Assembly: GCA_012026655.1 (NCBI GenBank)
Contig: JAAILG010000022.1
Span: 62,001 to 126,000 of the forward strand
Reading direction: 5' to 3'
Origin: Hydrolagus affinis
Taxonomy: Eukaryota
Length of the DNA: 64,000 nt
The stretch's first letter is position 1; each line of letters starts with the position of its first letter. Shown in pieces: positions 35,801-50,800 of this stretch. Under the pieces are notes generated by a model. The model ran no database searches, had not been told where the DNA came from, and saw only the letters and a program-made list of their open reading frames with translations. Made by a program: the position numbers and the translations under genes.

Positions 35801-38800
35801 GTGAAAAGCTAAGATTCTGAATTGCTATATTTTTCTTGTTGGAGCTCCATTTGATGTCTTGACTAGAAATAGAATTTTTTTTCAGCCTTTTCCCACATTA
35901 GAATATCATTATCATACATTCCTCTTGCTACTTTGGCAGTGGCAGCTAAACTAACAGCTTCCAATTTAATTCTGTAACAGGCAGGATTTAGATCTGTGAT
36001 GCTACAAGAAGATGAGGTGACTATTGATGCACTGCTACTTTTCTACTAATCTAAGGAAGCCATGTGTGCACGCAGGATGGATGGGATGGTTCACCATAAA
36101 TTCATTCTGCGAGTAACAATCTTTCCAAGACACTTTTAGACTTACTAAACGCCAGCCACGTCTGCCTGAGCTGCAGATAGACCCTGAAATCTGTCTGGAA
36201 ACCAATGTCATAGATAGCAACATCTGCTCCAGGCTTCCCTTTGAGGCTGCTGTATTCCCAGTAACAGTGCCAGATACCTGCAAGAGAAAGTAAAGGCGGG
36301 ATGAAACACAACTGCTCCATGCGCCATTTGGGTAATTTTACTGTTTTATGTGTAAACTTGTTGGCAATTTGTGGTATGATAGTCCTGTGATTTTAATGGG
36401 GCATTGATTTGTAATGAATATGCTTTGGTTCCACATCAACAACAATAACAACAACAAAATTACACTTGTATGGTGCCTTTCACGTCAGGAGGATGTCCCA
36501 AGGCGCTGGACAGTCATTGTTTCTGACCCGAGCTGGAGTCATGGATGGGGAGGGTGGAGGGAAGGAGAGGGGGGGATTTAGGGTGACCGATGGGACTGTC
36601 GAAGAGGAGGATCGAGGCGGGACTTGAAGGAGGCCAGGGAGGGGGTGAGGGGAGGGACTGCGGGACTGCGGGATGGAGTTCTAGAGGTTGGGGGCAGAGT
36701 GGCTGAAAGCTCGCCTGCCAATGTTGAGGCGGGTGAGTCAGGTGACGTGAAGCAGGCCGGAACCTGCTGAATGGAGGGGGCGGACAGGTTGGTAGGAGTT
36801 CGCAGAGGTAGGGTGGGGCGAGGCCATGGAGGGCTGTGAATGTGAGGACCAGGATCTTGAATTGGATCCTTTGGGTTCTGGGGAGCCAATGGAATCAGGC
36901 GAGGATGGGGGAGATGGGGATCACGAAGCTTGGAGCGGTACACACCACAAGAAGCATATCAGTAGACATGTTACTGAGAGTAATTCACTCATGTTCCAAT
37001 TCATTCAGACATGGATATGAAAAGCTTCCCCTACCCAGCGTGGAGTGCGTTATATAAGTGCAAGTTATTCTTATTGTTGGGTATAGATCACCTAAAAAAG
37101 ATCTGATGAATGATACTCTACCCCTTCAGTAGGTAGCTGATGGATACAGCTGAGGGAAAATGTAATCGAAAAGATTATTTAAAAGGAGTCTTACATCATC
37201 AGTCAACAGTAGCCAACAATTCCAGTAGGGAAGAATACTATGTATTACTGAAGATAACATGACCCTTCTGAATGAGTTATGAGTTCAATGGTACAAACTG
37301 ACAAATTACCTTTCTGCCTATGAATGATGCCATTTTCTTAGTAATAGCGAAGGAAAAGGATGAGGAAATTTGGTAAAATTTTGATACGGGCTCATTCCCC
37401 TACCCCCTCCCACCAACTTCCCCTAAATTAAAATCTAACTTAAATTTGCAATTTGTTGTTACTTACTGGATAATATTGTGCACAAAGATATTTCCCAATA
37501 CCAACAGAGAGAAGACTGATAAAACAGCAACACAAACCTTGCAGAAGTACTGTACTGCATGAAAGAGTCTGAGATTTATAGAAGCTTATGATTTGCCATA
37601 TGCCAAAGGTGAAACTATACTTAAGAGACCAAGTCAATTCACACCATTTATGCAAAGCACCAGTATGTCTTCTGAGGTCAGATCGCTTGCTTGGTGGGAG
37701 ATAATGATAATGATTTGTAGTTTTGTAGATTCTACAAATTGTAGATTTGTAAAGAAACTTTACAACTTCTCAAATTCAGCTCATTCACGAGAACCAAAAG
37801 CAGCGCTCACCATTGCATTGTATTGGAGCTCGGAGTTGCAGTTTGGTGGAGGAAGCAAACTTTCCATACGGAGAGCTTCACTGGATGAATTTATTTTTAT
37901 GCCATGTTTTTCCCCATTCTGGAGGCACCATGGGGTGTCAACACCTCTTCATTACTTACTACCCTTGCTATCTTCATTTGTTTATGATTATAGGTACTTT
38001 GGTTTCCTCAGTGTGTATTTCCACATGTTGTATTTTAACATTTCCAATATTGAGTTGCATATAGTAATAATGATATACACATTTTGGACATTACATTAGC
38101 TGCAGAGTGCCATGCTCCTTTTCATGCTACAGTCTCCCAAGCTTTTTCTAATTGATTGTCATTAACTATAGATACTATTTTGAATGTACTTTCAGCACAA
38201 CATCTTAATAGGAACATTGAAGCCTGCAAGCAGAAATGCACCAATGCTGTAATTGCCGTACGTGCACAGATTATTGGGCAGTGCTGTGTAACCAATCATT
38301 CATACAGTTCTGTTGATCAGACCACCACAGTTTCCAGTGAGGAGCTGAGTTTCAGCATCTTGTCTTAAATAAGTTATTGCAGCTTCACCTCCTGAGACAA
38401 ATTCTGGATGTCTTTCTGGGAAATGAACCCCAGGATTCTAAATATAAAAAAAAAATTTGGCTCCCGAAAATAACTGTTTTGCTTGGAATTATTGATAAGG
38501 ATCAGTACAGCGCTGGTTAGAATAACCCCATGGCATCTGTTTCCCTACAAATAAAATCACCACAATTGACAGTACTGTAGTTCCCTGTGAAGCATTTTCA
38601 GGCATTTCATATTTATATTAAATGTAGGGATTAATATTATTTGATGATCATATTAGCTAACAAAGCCTAAGACAGGGCATCAGACAAGACCACCAACTAA
38701 AAGGCAATCTTATTTAATCAATGAGAAATCTCAGTTGTTAGCTGCACAAGTTACAGAATGGTATTGCCCTATTCAGTCCATTGTGGGAAATAAATAAAAG

Positions 38801-41800
38801 CAATGTATTCTCTATTTTGTCTCAAAGCTTCACATTGCACTGAGTCACGTTGTTCCACTGTATTTGGTTCGTGCTGCAATCATACTGCACACTTGGTGGC
38901 AAATTGTCACAGTTTGGGGCAGAAATGCACTCTCCAATCAACCGCGCAGTATTAAATGGAAGGTGAGCCAACACAAATTGTGCTGGAATTATTCTCCCAC
39001 ATCATCTGGAAGTGTTGGTATCAGGATCGGTGCAAAATAAAACTGACAGTACTAAATTGTCTTGGGCTCACTTCTGATTTTGACCATCCCATGCATGGTC
39101 TCAGAACAATCAACAGGCTCTTTATTAACTTAATAAAAGTGTTGATCAAAGTAACAAGCTCTTTAATCCCACTAAAACCTAAGACCACAATTCGCTGTTA
39201 TGTGCATTCACCAACATCTCAAAATTAGGTGTTTTTCTTTTCATTCAATCTGATGTACAGAATCGAGTATAAATCAATATATAGTTACTGACGAAGGGTC
39301 GTGGACCCGAAATGTTGATTCCCTTTCCTTTCCCCATAGATGCTGCCTGACCTGCTGAGTTTTTGTCCCCATGGTTACTTTGCTTTATACCATGTCATTG
39401 TTTTTCTGAATGCACAAGAGGGTTTTGCCACTTTTTCAGTGTTCTCTATTGCCGTGGAAAGATTTCTATACTGCCTGTTCTTTCCCAAGAATATAGACAT
39501 GGAGTGAGTGTTTCAGAAATCTTGCAGAATATCGCTACTTAAATGTTAAATTTTCAAAACTAGGATACAGGTGCTGTTAGCCATTATCTAATTATAACAG
39601 GACGTTACAGCTGTCTTTTCTGTTGCAACTCTCAAATTGGCCATCAAGTTCATTTAGTAATAGAAGCTAATGTTCAAATGACAAAAATGCTTGCCAGTAA
39701 ATCATTTTGATAATTGGTCAATTAGCCATCACGGTAAGAAGGATTATTCAGTGCCCTCACCTTTCACTGGCTGTACCACTTTTAATTGTAACTGGTAGCC
39801 GAATTTTGACATTTTCCTTTGTTGCATGGAGTGTTATTACAAGATGGTGAAAACTGATTTGAAGCACATTTTTAGATGCATTCAGCCTCCTTTGACACAC
39901 AAGGTTATTATCATGAGACATAAAGCAGCAGAGCTAATGACAGCACACACTGAAATATGGATGGAGGTCATCACAGTTTATCAAAATTTAAAAGTTTATA
40001 AAAATAACCTTTATTTAATTGTTAAACAATCAAATCAAATGGCAGGTAAAACTCTTAAACTCTAATCTACCCTACACCCAATGTTATTTGCAATTCGTCC
40101 ACCCTCATAAAACATAAAAACACAGAAATCCACCTCTCCACCACCTGTTCACAAGTACAGTGGATACAATCTGTCATCTCCACACTCACAAGGACTTGGC
40201 TGTTAACTGGCAGGAAACTGGAACTGGGTTGCCTTAAAAAAAACGTTTCCATCAAATTAAATGCTAATTGCATCTAGACTAATTCTTTTTGATGTACCCT
40301 GTGTATTTTTTTTGAAAAAGATACAACGTATGTCAGCCTGATACTTCAAACCTCTGAGTCAGAAGATTACGGGTTTTAGCCCTTACGGATGTTAGAACGT
40401 TAAGTTCACGAAGTCAACTAAACTGACACTTCTGGGGAATACTGCATTGTCAGAGGTGTCGCTGATTTATGGAAAGATGAACTGTTGTTGAGAAAGTTTG
40501 GATTAATGCATGACTTAGGGAATGATTTCTCTGTTTCAATAGGGCCACCTGTCTCACTGCTAAAACATTGTTTCTCACTTACTGTCTTCATCTTGTAGTC
40601 TGTGATAATATCTGTCATTTTTCAGAACCAGCATGTTCTGGCATCTGCACATTTTGAATTGCCAATTAAAATAGATTTGCTGTACACAATTTTTTTTTAC
40701 ATTAGCCCTTTTAATTATACAGCAACCTCTGATTTAATGAATAATACTTCTGTCTTTCCAACAGGGAACGCATGTAAAAGCTTTTGCAATACATCCCAGC
40801 AGATGGGGCTAGTCTAATTTCAATTACATTCACATAATGTGTACACTCAATACACAATGCAACTGTAACACAGACAAGGAAATAATACTTACCATAGCCT
40901 ATCACCCCAACTACTGCAAAGATCACAAACCAGAATAATACGCCAGCTGTAAACCGCAGGAGTAGGATGAACACCAGGCTCACAACCATTGCAATGACCA
41001 ACCCACTATAAATAAAAAATGATGTTAATTACAGATACACTGAAAGGAACCTAATTATGTTCACCTCTAGTTGCATTGTCACATAAGATGAGGTGCATAG
41101 CTCATCACATTGTAACAGACGTCTGATGGTCACACATTAACACTTCATAACAGAGGTCAATTGGCACATTTTATAACACTGCGAGAGAAGCACCATGTGC
41201 ACACCTTATCACGTTCTAATATAAAGATATGTGCACTTCTTGGATTGTAAATAGAAGCCTATAGTCAGTCATTTGCAGCCGCAAATTATGAGAAACCGAT
41301 AGATGCCTATTGCAACTACAAATTATTAGATTTAAATTCACTTGGTTCAGCAAAAAAGGAGCCCTTCCCGGAAGCATCATAACCTGATCATAGGTATTCA
41401 TTCAATATGTTATCCACTAAAACAGTGAACTGGCTTTCTGAGTACTGTGTTTGTACATTTTAATATATTCTAGCTGGATTTCTATTTCTATGCTAGCAGG
41501 TTAATGTGTTTCTTGATATTTATTTGAAAGGGGAAAGAGAGTAATTGATTCTCAGTTTGTTGTTGTATTACACCTCCTCCTCCTCTCTGCTATGTAATGT
41601 AAAACTTTTGTTCAGTTACCTGATGAACACTTCCACCAAATTCCACCAATATGTAGCACAGCAGGCCAATAATACTGTACTTACTGCTTAATAGCTAAAT
41701 TTGATAGCACGATATGCATGAAAACAATCCTGCCTATACAGCAGTATGTGAATTTGAACCCTCAGTCCTTCTGTCTTAGAAAGACAGAATATCATCAAGA

Positions 41801-44800
41801 GTTCCTGCTGGTTATGTCAATCCAGCAAATTGATGCAACTGAGACATGTGTGGATGTGCAGTGAGGGCAAGATGCTTGCCAACTAGGCTTATGCATTAAA
41901 AAGGGACACTTAGACAATATATCACAGTGTGGCCCTGGAACTCGATGACTGCACAAAAAAAATTAAAAGCAATATTGTGTATCATCCTCTTTTGTATTTT
42001 GACCGCTGATTGCAATAGTAAATGCTTTGAAATGGGCACTTACTGCACTTAAACAAACGATTTTCTGCATTTCTGCTGTAATTATTCTAAACCTATACTT
42101 ACATTAAAATCCAGAACCAGGAGTTAGTATAGTCTTCAAAAATCTTCATTCCAACCTCTCTCGCATCAAGAACATCATTTATGCCACTGTAACAAATTCA
42201 ATCATATTACTGCCTATTTTGTATTCATAGTAATTACTACTGATTCAGCACAGCAACTTATTTCAGACTATTGCAAGAGAAGTTAATAATGTCACACCGG
42301 ATTAGAAGCAATGCATTTAGCATTACCACGGTAAGTACAATACATTACATCTCACAGAAGTAAATTACGGTCATTTAAAAAATAGACTGGCAGTGAGTTG
42401 TTTGTAATACATTTCAACAACGTTTGCCAATTAAGAACATAATTCTTTGCTGAAATAATCAGATATCACAAAGTTGAAGGATATGATATCACACTAGCCG
42501 TTCCACATGTAGAAAGTTTCCAGCCTGACTTATGCCACTGGATAGAAACATTGACTAGAGACAGATGCTTCCCCAGAGGAAGATAAAGAAGATTTGGGGA
42601 GAAGGGTATTGTTAACATGCCAGTGAATCTCGTGGCTGCCCTCTGAGTTAAATGTGATGTTTGATGTACGACAAAGAGGAGCTTAAAGCAAAGAAAAAAA
42701 TCTGTTGCACTAAAAATGAATAAGGAAATTTGAAGAATAAACAATAAAAAATGATGTAGTTACTAATTACCCTGTAGGTGATATAATTGCAGTTTTTACC
42801 TCTTGTAAAATTGAAAGCAATATTTATCATCTGTATTACAACAACAACTTTGATTTATATAGTGCCCCCCATGCCAGACGGCGTCTCAGAGCACTTAGAG
42901 TATTAGTTATCCTCTTTTTATCGTTTCAACTATTTGTTTCTAAGTCATAATTTTATATAGAATTTCTGCCCTTTCATCATCTCTGAAACAGAGGGTTGCT
43001 ACTGTTCCCTTTGTAATTGTTATGCTGATGCTCACAACCGCTGACTAATAATGGTGTAGGGACCACAGAAGTTCTGAAAATGTTGCAATTAATTGAAATT
43101 TTGAAATCTTGATAGAATGTAAAATCAATGTAAGAAACTAATTAGGATTAACTTTGTAATATCAGAAATCTAAGCAGATTTTCAATTCACATTGAGTGTT
43201 TGTGACTGAATTTGAAAAATCTTGTGAAGAAGTTTGAACAAATGGGACTGGATTTGAGAAACCATCAACATATGTTATCCTCTCCCATATTAGGAATTCA
43301 TCAAATTTGCAGCAGACACTTGTTCTCTTCTGAGTAAATATTACACTCTTTACTTCTGTCATGCACAATCTTAGTAAAATAACTAGCAGATGTAATGTAT
43401 CTGCAGAAGCCATGTATAGAAGATGGTGTCAAGGGAACAGAAGGCATAATGCTCAAGACAATAGCTTAATAGTAAAATTTCTGGGAGCAATAACTGCTTT
43501 CTGAAAAAAAATGCAAGATGTGACACAACAGGTGTTAGTAAAGCATTTCCTGTCCCATATGACTGTCTACTCAGTTGGAATTTAGAATGCAAAACAAAAG
43601 CTGACATCTCTGAAACGAACACCATATAATAACCATAAAACACAAAATATTAAATTTGGAATAGTTGTCTTGTGTTGCATGTTATTACCAAGAGCAGCCT
43701 GCAGGCTGGTGCTGTCTGTCTAGGGCTCCAAACGCACAATGCAGGGCAATACACATTTTAATGACTTTTTAATCACGACTTTCATATCTTTTGCATGAAA
43801 ATGCTGCACATAAATCTCAATTGAAGAGATGAAAGGCCTAAGGTTCCACAAATCTTATCTTGTGACAACATTTTGTTTTAAAATTGAAGAAGATCGGAAT
43901 TGTGGAAAGTTCTGTGAAAACTATCTGGCTTTCAAATAAGACTACATTTAAAAATATTCCACGCATTAATCGCATTAATAAAATTTTGAGAGTATTGCTT
44001 GAGTCCAGCGCTTTGTTCTTTGACAACAATAGATCATAAGCAAAAAAAATTCTTTGAAAGGAAATGAGAAGAATGGATGCCTTCCAGTGTTCCCATGGTT
44101 TCAAATGAGAGAATGCATCTCTTGGTGTGAACCACTAAGAACACAATAAACTGAAAGGGAAAAACATCTGATTGCAGAGATATTAATAATAATAATCTTT
44201 GCATTTGATATAGTGCTTTACATGTCTTCTAGACGTCTCAAAGCGCTTCACAGAATATACTATAAAGTGAACTGACTGTATATTTATGTGTGGTACTACA
44301 TGGCAGCCAATTGCGCCCAACCGTGTCTCACAAGCAGTCATGGAATGAAATGACCAATTAATTTTTTTGGAGGGATTATTATCAGGCATGTGGAGTATGG
44401 AAACTTGCCCAAGGTTTCACCCTGCCAGGAAATGAACCCAAGCCTTCTGCTTGTGAGGCGAGTGCTCTAACCACTGAGCTACAGGACTCGACATATTCTT
44501 TAACAGGGAGCCAGTGAACATAAGCATATAAGAATAAGAAGCAGGAGTAGGCCATCCGGTTCCTCGAGCCTGCCCCGTCATTCAATAAAATCATGGCTGA
44601 TCTTCTAATCTAACTCCATCTGCCTGCCTTATCCCCATGTCCCTTAATCCCTCTATCCATAAGAAATCTATCAATCTCAGTCTTGAATATGCCTTTTGGG
44701 GTAGAGAATTTCACAAATTCACTACCCTCTAAGTGAAGAAGTGTTTACTCAATTCTAAGTTCTATGTCCTCATCTAGATCATTGATATAGATTGTAAATA

Positions 44801-47800
44801 GTTGAGGCCTAACCACTGATCCTTGTGGCATATATTCGTTAGCCACTCTTCGATCCATGCTAATATATTGCCTTTAATTCCATGGGCCCTAATCTTGTGT
44901 AGCGGCCTTTTATGTGGCACCTTTCGAATGCCTTTTAAAAATCTAAATACACTACATCTACTGGTTCCCCGCTATCTAACCTGCTAATTACATCTTCAAA
45001 AAACTCTAAAAGATTTGTTAAGCATGACTTCCCCTTTGTAAAGTCATGTTGACTGCATCTAATCATGCAATGTTCTTCTAAGCACCACTATGATGTCCTT
45101 AATTGAAGATCCTAGAATTTTCCCTACCACCGATGTCAGATTAACAGGTCTGTCGCACCCAGACAAGCATTCACTGAAATCAGGCAAGAACTGGGTGAAG
45201 GAGTTCAGAGCCTGACATGGGCAAGGACAGCAGATCATCAGGAAAAGTAGTAAATGATGAGTAGGATAGCACCAGACTCCAAGAGGACTTAGATAGATTG
45301 GTAGAATGGGCAGAAACGTGGCAGATGAGATTACTAATAATTGTCAAGCATAAAGGATACCAGAGTGGATCTAAAAGTATTTGATTTAATTTTAAATAAA
45401 CCAATCACTTTGGAAATCGTTTAGCACAAAATTTCAGGAAATAACACTTCAAGTGTATAAAGAATTGGTTGAATGTGAGGAATGTGAAAGTCACATACAG
45501 CAATACAAAGGATTATCCTCTCAAACAGCAGAATAGCTAGCTCAGATTGATGAATAGTTTGTTTTCTTACTGCTATAAGCAATGTGGAGGATTGCTACCT
45601 GCTCCCTACCACTTTCTGAGTGAAGAAACTAGCTCTTTATTAACATCATAAGTGAATTGTTGAAAATTCCTGGGTGGCCCGTTAGCTTGCCCAATTGGCC
45701 ACTATTTATGTGCGAAAATTGACAGTGAGTGCTGGCAGGGTATTCAACCACAGTGGGGCTTAACTGCCAAACCTGTTCTCTCCAGAGGTTCACACATTTG
45801 TCAATTGATCAGTACAGAGCAGTGAATAGCAATTAGCAGAATTTGGTTCTTTCCCTCATCCGCTTAAACCCAACACTGAGGCTGATTGTAGGCCAAATAC
45901 TGCCCCAAAAGAGATCAGGTGATGCATTTTAAGTGATCACTTTTGAATGCAGCCCAAATTGAATCACACCACCTGTGTTTAGAGTTCAGTTTTGCTAAAG
46001 AGTGTCCAGCTTGTATCGTCTCCTTCAGACACCCAGACTGTAACAGAAATCACCTGTAATACGTTTTTTTTTGTGTGGCCATTTGATGTTGTTTTGCGCA
46101 ATTTTGCAATGGTATGCCCACCTCTGTTGTTGGCCAGTTTCCAGGAAGATCGCCACTGCTCAACTTTTTTTTAAAAAATTCAATTTCCTTGGGAGCAGTA
46201 AGAGCATCAAAAGTAATTGTTTTCCTGAGGTGTAAATGAAGACTCAAAGGACATCTCAAAAGAATTGATGCATCGTAAGAAATTCTCTTTGAAATAATGG
46301 AGCAAAGCAGGTTTGGGTTACAAAGTTGTTCTGCCAAACTGAGGATATTGATTGTAAAACCATATAGAAGCTGGATTTAATTGTTATATTGACTATTTAC
46401 TTACACATATTTTAAAAATTCCACTCAAAGATGAGTGGTGTGATAATATTTGATGGGTAATAAATCAATGTCTGACCTTACATCTTTAACTACTGACTGG
46501 AATATAAAATCATTTGTTTAGTCTTCAGGGATTGAAAATCTCAGCAATATTGTTGCCTGGTTGACGATATTCTTATCTGTGATGAAAATTAGCATGTGCA
46601 TTCCTTGGTATCAGAATCAGCTTTGATAAGTGTTTCTGTTGTGGCTGCAAAACTAATAACAAATTATTAAATAAACTACATGAGCTGATGGTATCAATCG
46701 GTCCACAATTTCTGTGCTCATACTTTTCTTAATGAGCCAGTCAGTTATGCACAGCAATAGATTGGCTTTATTTTGCAGATTTTTTTTAAAAAAACTGACC
46801 ATCACATCAGATTCAATTTGAAATGATCATCACATCAAATTCTAATCCGTTTCATAATCTGAAGCAAACTAAGAGTGACTGAAACCATCAAGATGGTAAA
46901 ATGGGATGTGAATGTGGAACCTTGCATTTTCATACAGCTCATGGATAAAAATGATAGGCTATTAACTCTCCCTAAGCTGGTTATTCCAATGTCTACTTTG
47001 GGTTGCTTTAGAACGTCTGGAAACACTATGAGTATCATAATAAGAATATGAGCATAAAGTGTTACTCCACCTTTACTACATCACTCTAACGCCACCTAAT
47101 CATTTTCACAATTAGGGCATCAGGCAGGGACTTTGATGTATTATTTTAATGAAAGCTAATTACACAATTTGAAATATTATTTTTTTTTCAAAATATCCAT
47201 CTTCAGGCCTCAAAATGATTTGCATACTCAAATCAAATCACCTTTCATCCATAATTTAATTCTTCAATTTAAGTTTTCATTAAACATTATTAATAATTAT
47301 ATTATTAAGAAGCAATTTTTAGCCAGATTTATATAAGATAAAAATAAATCCTCCATTGTTTAAGGTTAGAAGCCACCTGGAGATTGAATCTTACTCCAAA
47401 TGAATAATCCTTGCATTTAATGTAGCACTTTATCATTTCGTTGAGACATCTTAAAGCACTTCACAGAATATATTGTAAAGTGCATTGACTGTATATTGTG
47501 TGAGCAAGACGTGGCAGCCATTGCAAACAGCCATGGATTGATTGACCAAATGATGGAGAGAGATATATACTGTATTAAGAAATGAATGCCACTGTTGCTG
47601 GTCTGATTTGATCCTACATTTTGCAGAAAGGATACATTCATTTCCTATTAAGTCAAATTGGTCAAAAATAAATCTCTAATAGAAGTTGTTTTTAAAACAA
47701 AGAACTGTTTTGTACGGTTATACACAGCTGACATAGATAATGCAAAATAATATGTTTCTTTAATGTTATAATGTTGAGTGGATAAGACTATAAAGTATCT

Positions 47801-50800
47801 TTTTTTTTTAAAAAGTACCAAAACCTTTCAGATATGAATGGTCTCTCTGGGAATCTTCCTTGCATCTGATTATCAGGATTGTACTGCAATGCACAAGGTT
47901 GCTAATGAAGAATAATCTGTATTAATTTGTTCCCATGTGAACTCCCTTTCATCTTGGGTGGCCTTGATTTGCTGCATGCCTGAAGACTTCCAAACATATA
48001 ATATATTATGTATACACACATATATATAAAGGCACACACAAATATTGCAATTCCCAAAGGTAAGACCTTCTACGTGCTAATTTTCAAGTATTAACCCTCT
48101 TTTCTCCAAGTTCAATACTTCCATTTTCTGATACCCTGTTCTGGCTCATTGCCTAATCCTACATATAATATACATGATAGTCAATGAATCCACCTATCAA
48201 TCAGGTCAAATATAGCATGGACTACATTCAGAACAAAGCTACCTCTAATAGTAATGTGCTAAAGCTCCCTTTCAAAACAAGAACTCTCTGTTTCACCCAC
48301 TGACATTCTCCATCAGCTATGCTTAGCCACTCTGAGTGAGATTGGCAATTTGCGGTGAAATATAGGCAGGCATGTGATGATCATTGTCACTATTAATTGA
48401 GTTGATATTTCCCAACGTTCCCAGTCAATAGAGCGAGGAGACTTTCAACCTTTTGGTAATGAGCTATACTTGAACCCCAGTGTCGCAGACAATAGGAGTG
48501 CACATGTCGAACTTGCAACTTAGTCTCCCCAGGAACATTTAACACCAACAATATAGTCCATTTTTTAGGGTAATTGAGGAGACGAGTGATTATTTTACTG
48601 CGACAAAGTATAACAGAGTTTGCAAACTGTTCCATCATTTTTTTTGAACTACAGTACTGTACAGTATTCAAGAAAAAATACAACTAAGAACCAATGCTGG
48701 CACTCCAACCACAGCCATGCAGTTATCAAACAGATCTTATATACAATCAACATTGTATCTAGTAACCACATGCATCATAAAGCAAATCTGCCTCGAATGC
48801 TCATACTTTTACAACCATTGTTGTCTCCATGTATAACAAGCTGAAGTAAATCACAACATGCACTGAATTCCAACTGAGCTGTAAAACTGACATACAGAAC
48901 AGCCAAAGAGCTGATGGCAGGTTTAATGCATATTAGCTCATTCAGAGCTTTTGATATTGTTTAAAAATAATTCCAACACCTTTTGGGTCTGTGACGGATT
49001 GTTGTAACTTGGCTGTAAATTTAAAAACAAATACACTATTTGTCGCACTTACAAAAGTAACCCACTGCAAACAAATTTAAGCCATTCTTCACAAAATAAA
49101 ATGTACAATAGAAGTGGTTTAGGTAAATTATGACCAGAAAGTCAAACTGTAATCATTTTCTGAACCCATAGTGAGAATACAGCTTTAGATTTGCTTCTGT
49201 TGGTTAATTTATATGCTGTGTGTTTCAATGGGTGTTTTTACTTCTCTTTGTTTTGTTCGCTAAACGTTGTGAATTCTCTAGTACTGTATGTGTACTCTAG
49301 GTCATTGGATTATTAATTAAGTCAATAACTGGTACATTGTACAAACATAAATGTATCACTGGTGGCTACAGAATTATTAGCATCAAGCCCTGGTATGAAG
49401 TACAGCCTAATTAGATTGAACATTTATGGATAGAATCCTGCCAAGAAAAAAGATAGGACTCCACTGAAGCCATTTGAAAGAGGAGAGTATCTCTGCATTT
49501 TGGTTCTATTGAAAAGTGCTGTGATGAGATTATTTGGTTTGTAATATAACAGCTGATTTTTAAATTAGCTAAAACTGGGAATGAATGATGTTTGCAACTA
49601 GTTATCACTGATCAACCTATTCTACACCTCTGGGTGGTAATTGATTGCTGCTGGTGTGGCAGAGGTCAGTAGATCCATTCTGAAGCAGGGCAGGGATAAT
49701 ATTGTACTACTCACAAGAAATCTCAGCCATGTATGTTTATTTTCAAGGACCTAAAATCGTAATGAGTTTTCATTGGCTCAGACTTGTGCTATGAAATGAT
49801 TGCAATGCTAAGTAAATATGTTAACACCTCTACCTATAAAATTGCACTCATTTTATTTGGCCTCTGCAATGGTGACAGTGACAGTATTTAGTAATTATGG
49901 TCTGGGTCCTCAATCAAGTCGAGAATTTAAAAAAGCAAGAAAAAATGCAAGCTTTCCTGCACTTCATTTTAATGAAATGCAATGATGATATTGGCCTTCG
50001 CGTTAACTAACAAAGCTATCAGGGGAATTGAGACAAGTAGTGATAAAAGACAAGTCAACATTTCTAGAATACTAATGATGATCTTTATGCTTGGAGCAAA
50101 TGAGGCCTGATGGAAGAAGGCGTTCAATATGTTTGTTGGTTGAAATAGAATAATGGGATGGTTTAAAAAAAATCTAAAATCGTTGCTAATTACTCCTTTC
50201 TTGGCCTCTGCCACATTAAGACTTCTGTGTCTAATACAGCTTCATTGCAGTTTGCTACAAGCTGCCTTGAAATCTGCAAGAAAGAGAAGTGTGTTCTGCA
50301 AATGTCTTTGGGAATTGGAATCTAACTGCTTGGAGAGCGTATATACGATCATCATATAGTGCATGTTCCTTTAACAATGCTTACTCTGTGAGCTCTCACT
50401 CTCATTTTTATCTAATCCATTGCTGTCAGGAGTACTCAAATAAAATTTTCTAAGCTTGATACAGTAAAACTCACATAAGTGGTATCACTCGTGATCATGA
50501 CATTTCATCTGATTTACTCGAAGTCCGAGTTGCAGCCAAATCTGTATAAATCGTATAAAATCTGATTCAATCAATAATCTACATTGTGTCACGAAGTGTG
50601 CCGACACCAGTTCATCACTGCGGCCAGTAAGTGTGCATGTGGTGACAGATCAACACCACATTTTCTTCGATTTAATGTAGCTGGTAACTGCCAGAGTAAT
50701 GGAGAATAGGGGAGCGGCGTTACGATTTAGGAGATGATAAATCCAACTAGTGCAAAGAAATTTAAATGTTTTTGAAAGGTAACTGAATGGACTTGGGTGC

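Noticed and set aside
37593-38099. 168-aa plus-strand ORF antisense to an SLC44A5 intron
   Set aside because: No recognisable domain, non-ATG start and composition typical of AT-rich non-coding DNA.
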